Positions 62,951 through 64,000 of a DNA stretch of 64,000 nucleotides are shown here, in pieces; the first letter of the stretch is position 1, and each line of letters opens with the position of its first letter. The notes below the pieces were generated by a model. It did no database searches and had not been told where the DNA came from. It saw only the letters and a program-made list of their open reading frames with translations. A program made the translations under genes and the position numbers. Origin of the DNA: Candidatus Brocadiia bacterium (GTDB lineage: Bacteria; Planctomycetota; Brocadiia; SM23-32); the NCBI GenBank assembly GCA_046538485.1, contig JBKHIT010000010.1, positions 40,568 to 104,567 of the forward strand, in the 5' to 3' direction.

Positions 62951-63214
62951 GCGATTTCTCCTTTCTGTACAGGGTAAAAATGAAAAAGCCCCGACCGGTA
63001 GGCCGGAGCAGAGGGGGTAAGTGAAATCGAGAAAAGTGCGGCAGTTATGCAGCCATCGTATGCAGCGGCAAATTCCGGCAGTAACAGTCTGGAAAACGGG
63101 GTTCAGGCCTTGAATGAGGGCCTCGAAAGGGGTAACCTGTGCGTACAGCGTAATGAAGCTTAAAAGTCCCTGTCATGCCATAAAAGACAAGGTTGCAGAA
63201 ATGGAGGATAAGCC

Positions 63215-63535
63215 GTGGTCGAGTTCGTTGAAAGCGTTCGGGCACTGATACGTGATGGCAATGTCCGGATATCTGAACACGGTTACGATGAACTGGCTGA
63301 AGATGGGATAACCGCAAGGGAAGCGCTTGAAGGTATACGGGAAGCGGTAGTTGTCGAGGAATACCCAGACTATCCGAAGGGGCCATGCGTTCTACTTTTG
63401 CAAAAAGATGTAGATGGAGCCCCGATTCACGTTGTTTGGGGGATTCCGAAAGGTCATGATAAACCCGCGGTTCTTGTTACAGCCTATCGCCCGGACCCGG
63501 CGCGCTGGGATAAATCATTCACTCGGAGGCAATGA
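63215..63535 (+). CDS. DUF4258-domain protein (putative toxin)
   Basis: ISEHGYDEL, EEYPDYPKGPCVLLL, PIHVVWG, LVTAYRPDPARW; GGAGG RBS. Confidence 0.85.
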   Translation: MVEFVESVRALIRDGNVRISEHGYDELAEDGITAREALEGIREAVVVEEYPDYPKGPCVLLLQKDVDGAPIHVVWGIPKGHDKPAVLVTAYRPDPARWDKSFTRRQ

Positions 63536-63756
63536 CGATGAAACAACGTACAAAATCCAAATACGTACATGAAGGTCAATATGTAGCCGAGGTAGAAGTT
63601 AAAATCGTAGAAGACGATACTGGCTGGTCGCCCTATCTGAGCATTGAAGATGCATACAGATTGGATGACGTGAGGGAAGCGCTTCGCCGTGGAGATATAG
63701 AGTCTGCGGAGAAATATGGGCGAATTTATGAACTTCGTCCGGTGACGAATCAATAA
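63532..63756 (+). CDS. Small protein, putative antitoxin partner of DUF4258
   Basis: ATGA overlap with upstream gene, GGAGG RBS, 74 aa. Confidence 0.75.
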   Translation: MTMKQRTKSKYVHEGQYVAEVEVKIVEDDTGWSPYLSIEDAYRLDDVREALRRGDIESAEKYGRIYELRPVTNQ

Positions 63757-63757
63757 T

Positions 63758-63817
63758 GCATAACGAGCTCATCCAGCCGACAGCGAAAAGCGCCGGGGCT
63801 GATGGGTGGCGTCGGAA
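63758..63817 (+). other. attC (59-base element) recombination site
   Basis: R'' GCATAAC, 5-nt spacer, L'' CATCCAGC, central hairpin, L' GCTGATG, 6-nt spacer, R' GTCGGAA (GTC in place of GTT); 60 bp. Confidence 0.72.
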
Positions 63818-64000
63818 GGAAAACAGATCTGTTCGAGCAATACCCCGAAAAGTAAGGTCAATATCTGGCATTCGTCGACAACTACATAAAAATGTACACT
63901 GGAAGACGAGCGAACGATACACAACGCATTTCCAGACAGGAGGTTTAAGCGGCCTCAGGTAAGTAATTGTGTGTTTTGAAATCCACGGAAAGGATTTTGC

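Larger units (their letters stand above)
63044..63811 (+). mobile_element. Integron-type gene cassette carrying a TA-like gene pair
   Basis: Begins with core site GTTATGC (63044-63050), exactly complementary to inverse core GCATAAC of the downstream attC. Confidence 0.7.

Noticed and set aside
63756..63962. 68-aa ORF after the TA-like pair
   Set aside because: It begins within the attC site and has no RBS; likely spurious
1..64000. CRISPR array or rRNA
   Set aside because: No regularly spaced direct repeats with unique spacers; no rRNA-like sequence recognised

Overview
Bacterial chromosomal window, probably from an anaerobic PVC-superphylum organism (Planctomycetota-like; inferred from prepilin/DUF1559-type genes, sulfatase, MoxR and large TPR proteins). 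The left half (1-34 kb) is mostly housekeeping: an ispH-UbiA fusion, rpiB, moxR, degP, a TPR protein, GT9, UDP-GlcA decarboxylase, a heavy-metal P1B-ATPase split by an amber codon, leuC and leuD separated by a 1401-aa PlsA/Ger-type activase-reductase, a DHH phosphoesterase, dxs, a DapA/NanA-family lyase, proB, a sulfatase, and a DAHP synthase preceded by an unannotated Phe/Tyr/Trp-rich leader peptide and attenuator. The right half (34-62.5 kb) looks like a glycan/sugar-acid utilisation region: large secreted hydrolase/lyase-like proteins, a DegT aminotransferase, an FAD oxidoreductase, a LarA-family epimerase, tandem GntR/LacI-type regulators and four prepilin-type (DUF1559-like) genes. One of these four is fused in frame behind a complete transcription regulator. 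The window ends with tRNA-Ala(GGC), an island scar, and an integron-type cassette (DUF4258 toxin-antitoxin-like pair plus a 60-bp attC). Several families of dispersed palindromic or MITE-like repeats occupy intergenic spaces. All family assignments come from motif recognition by eye, not database searches.
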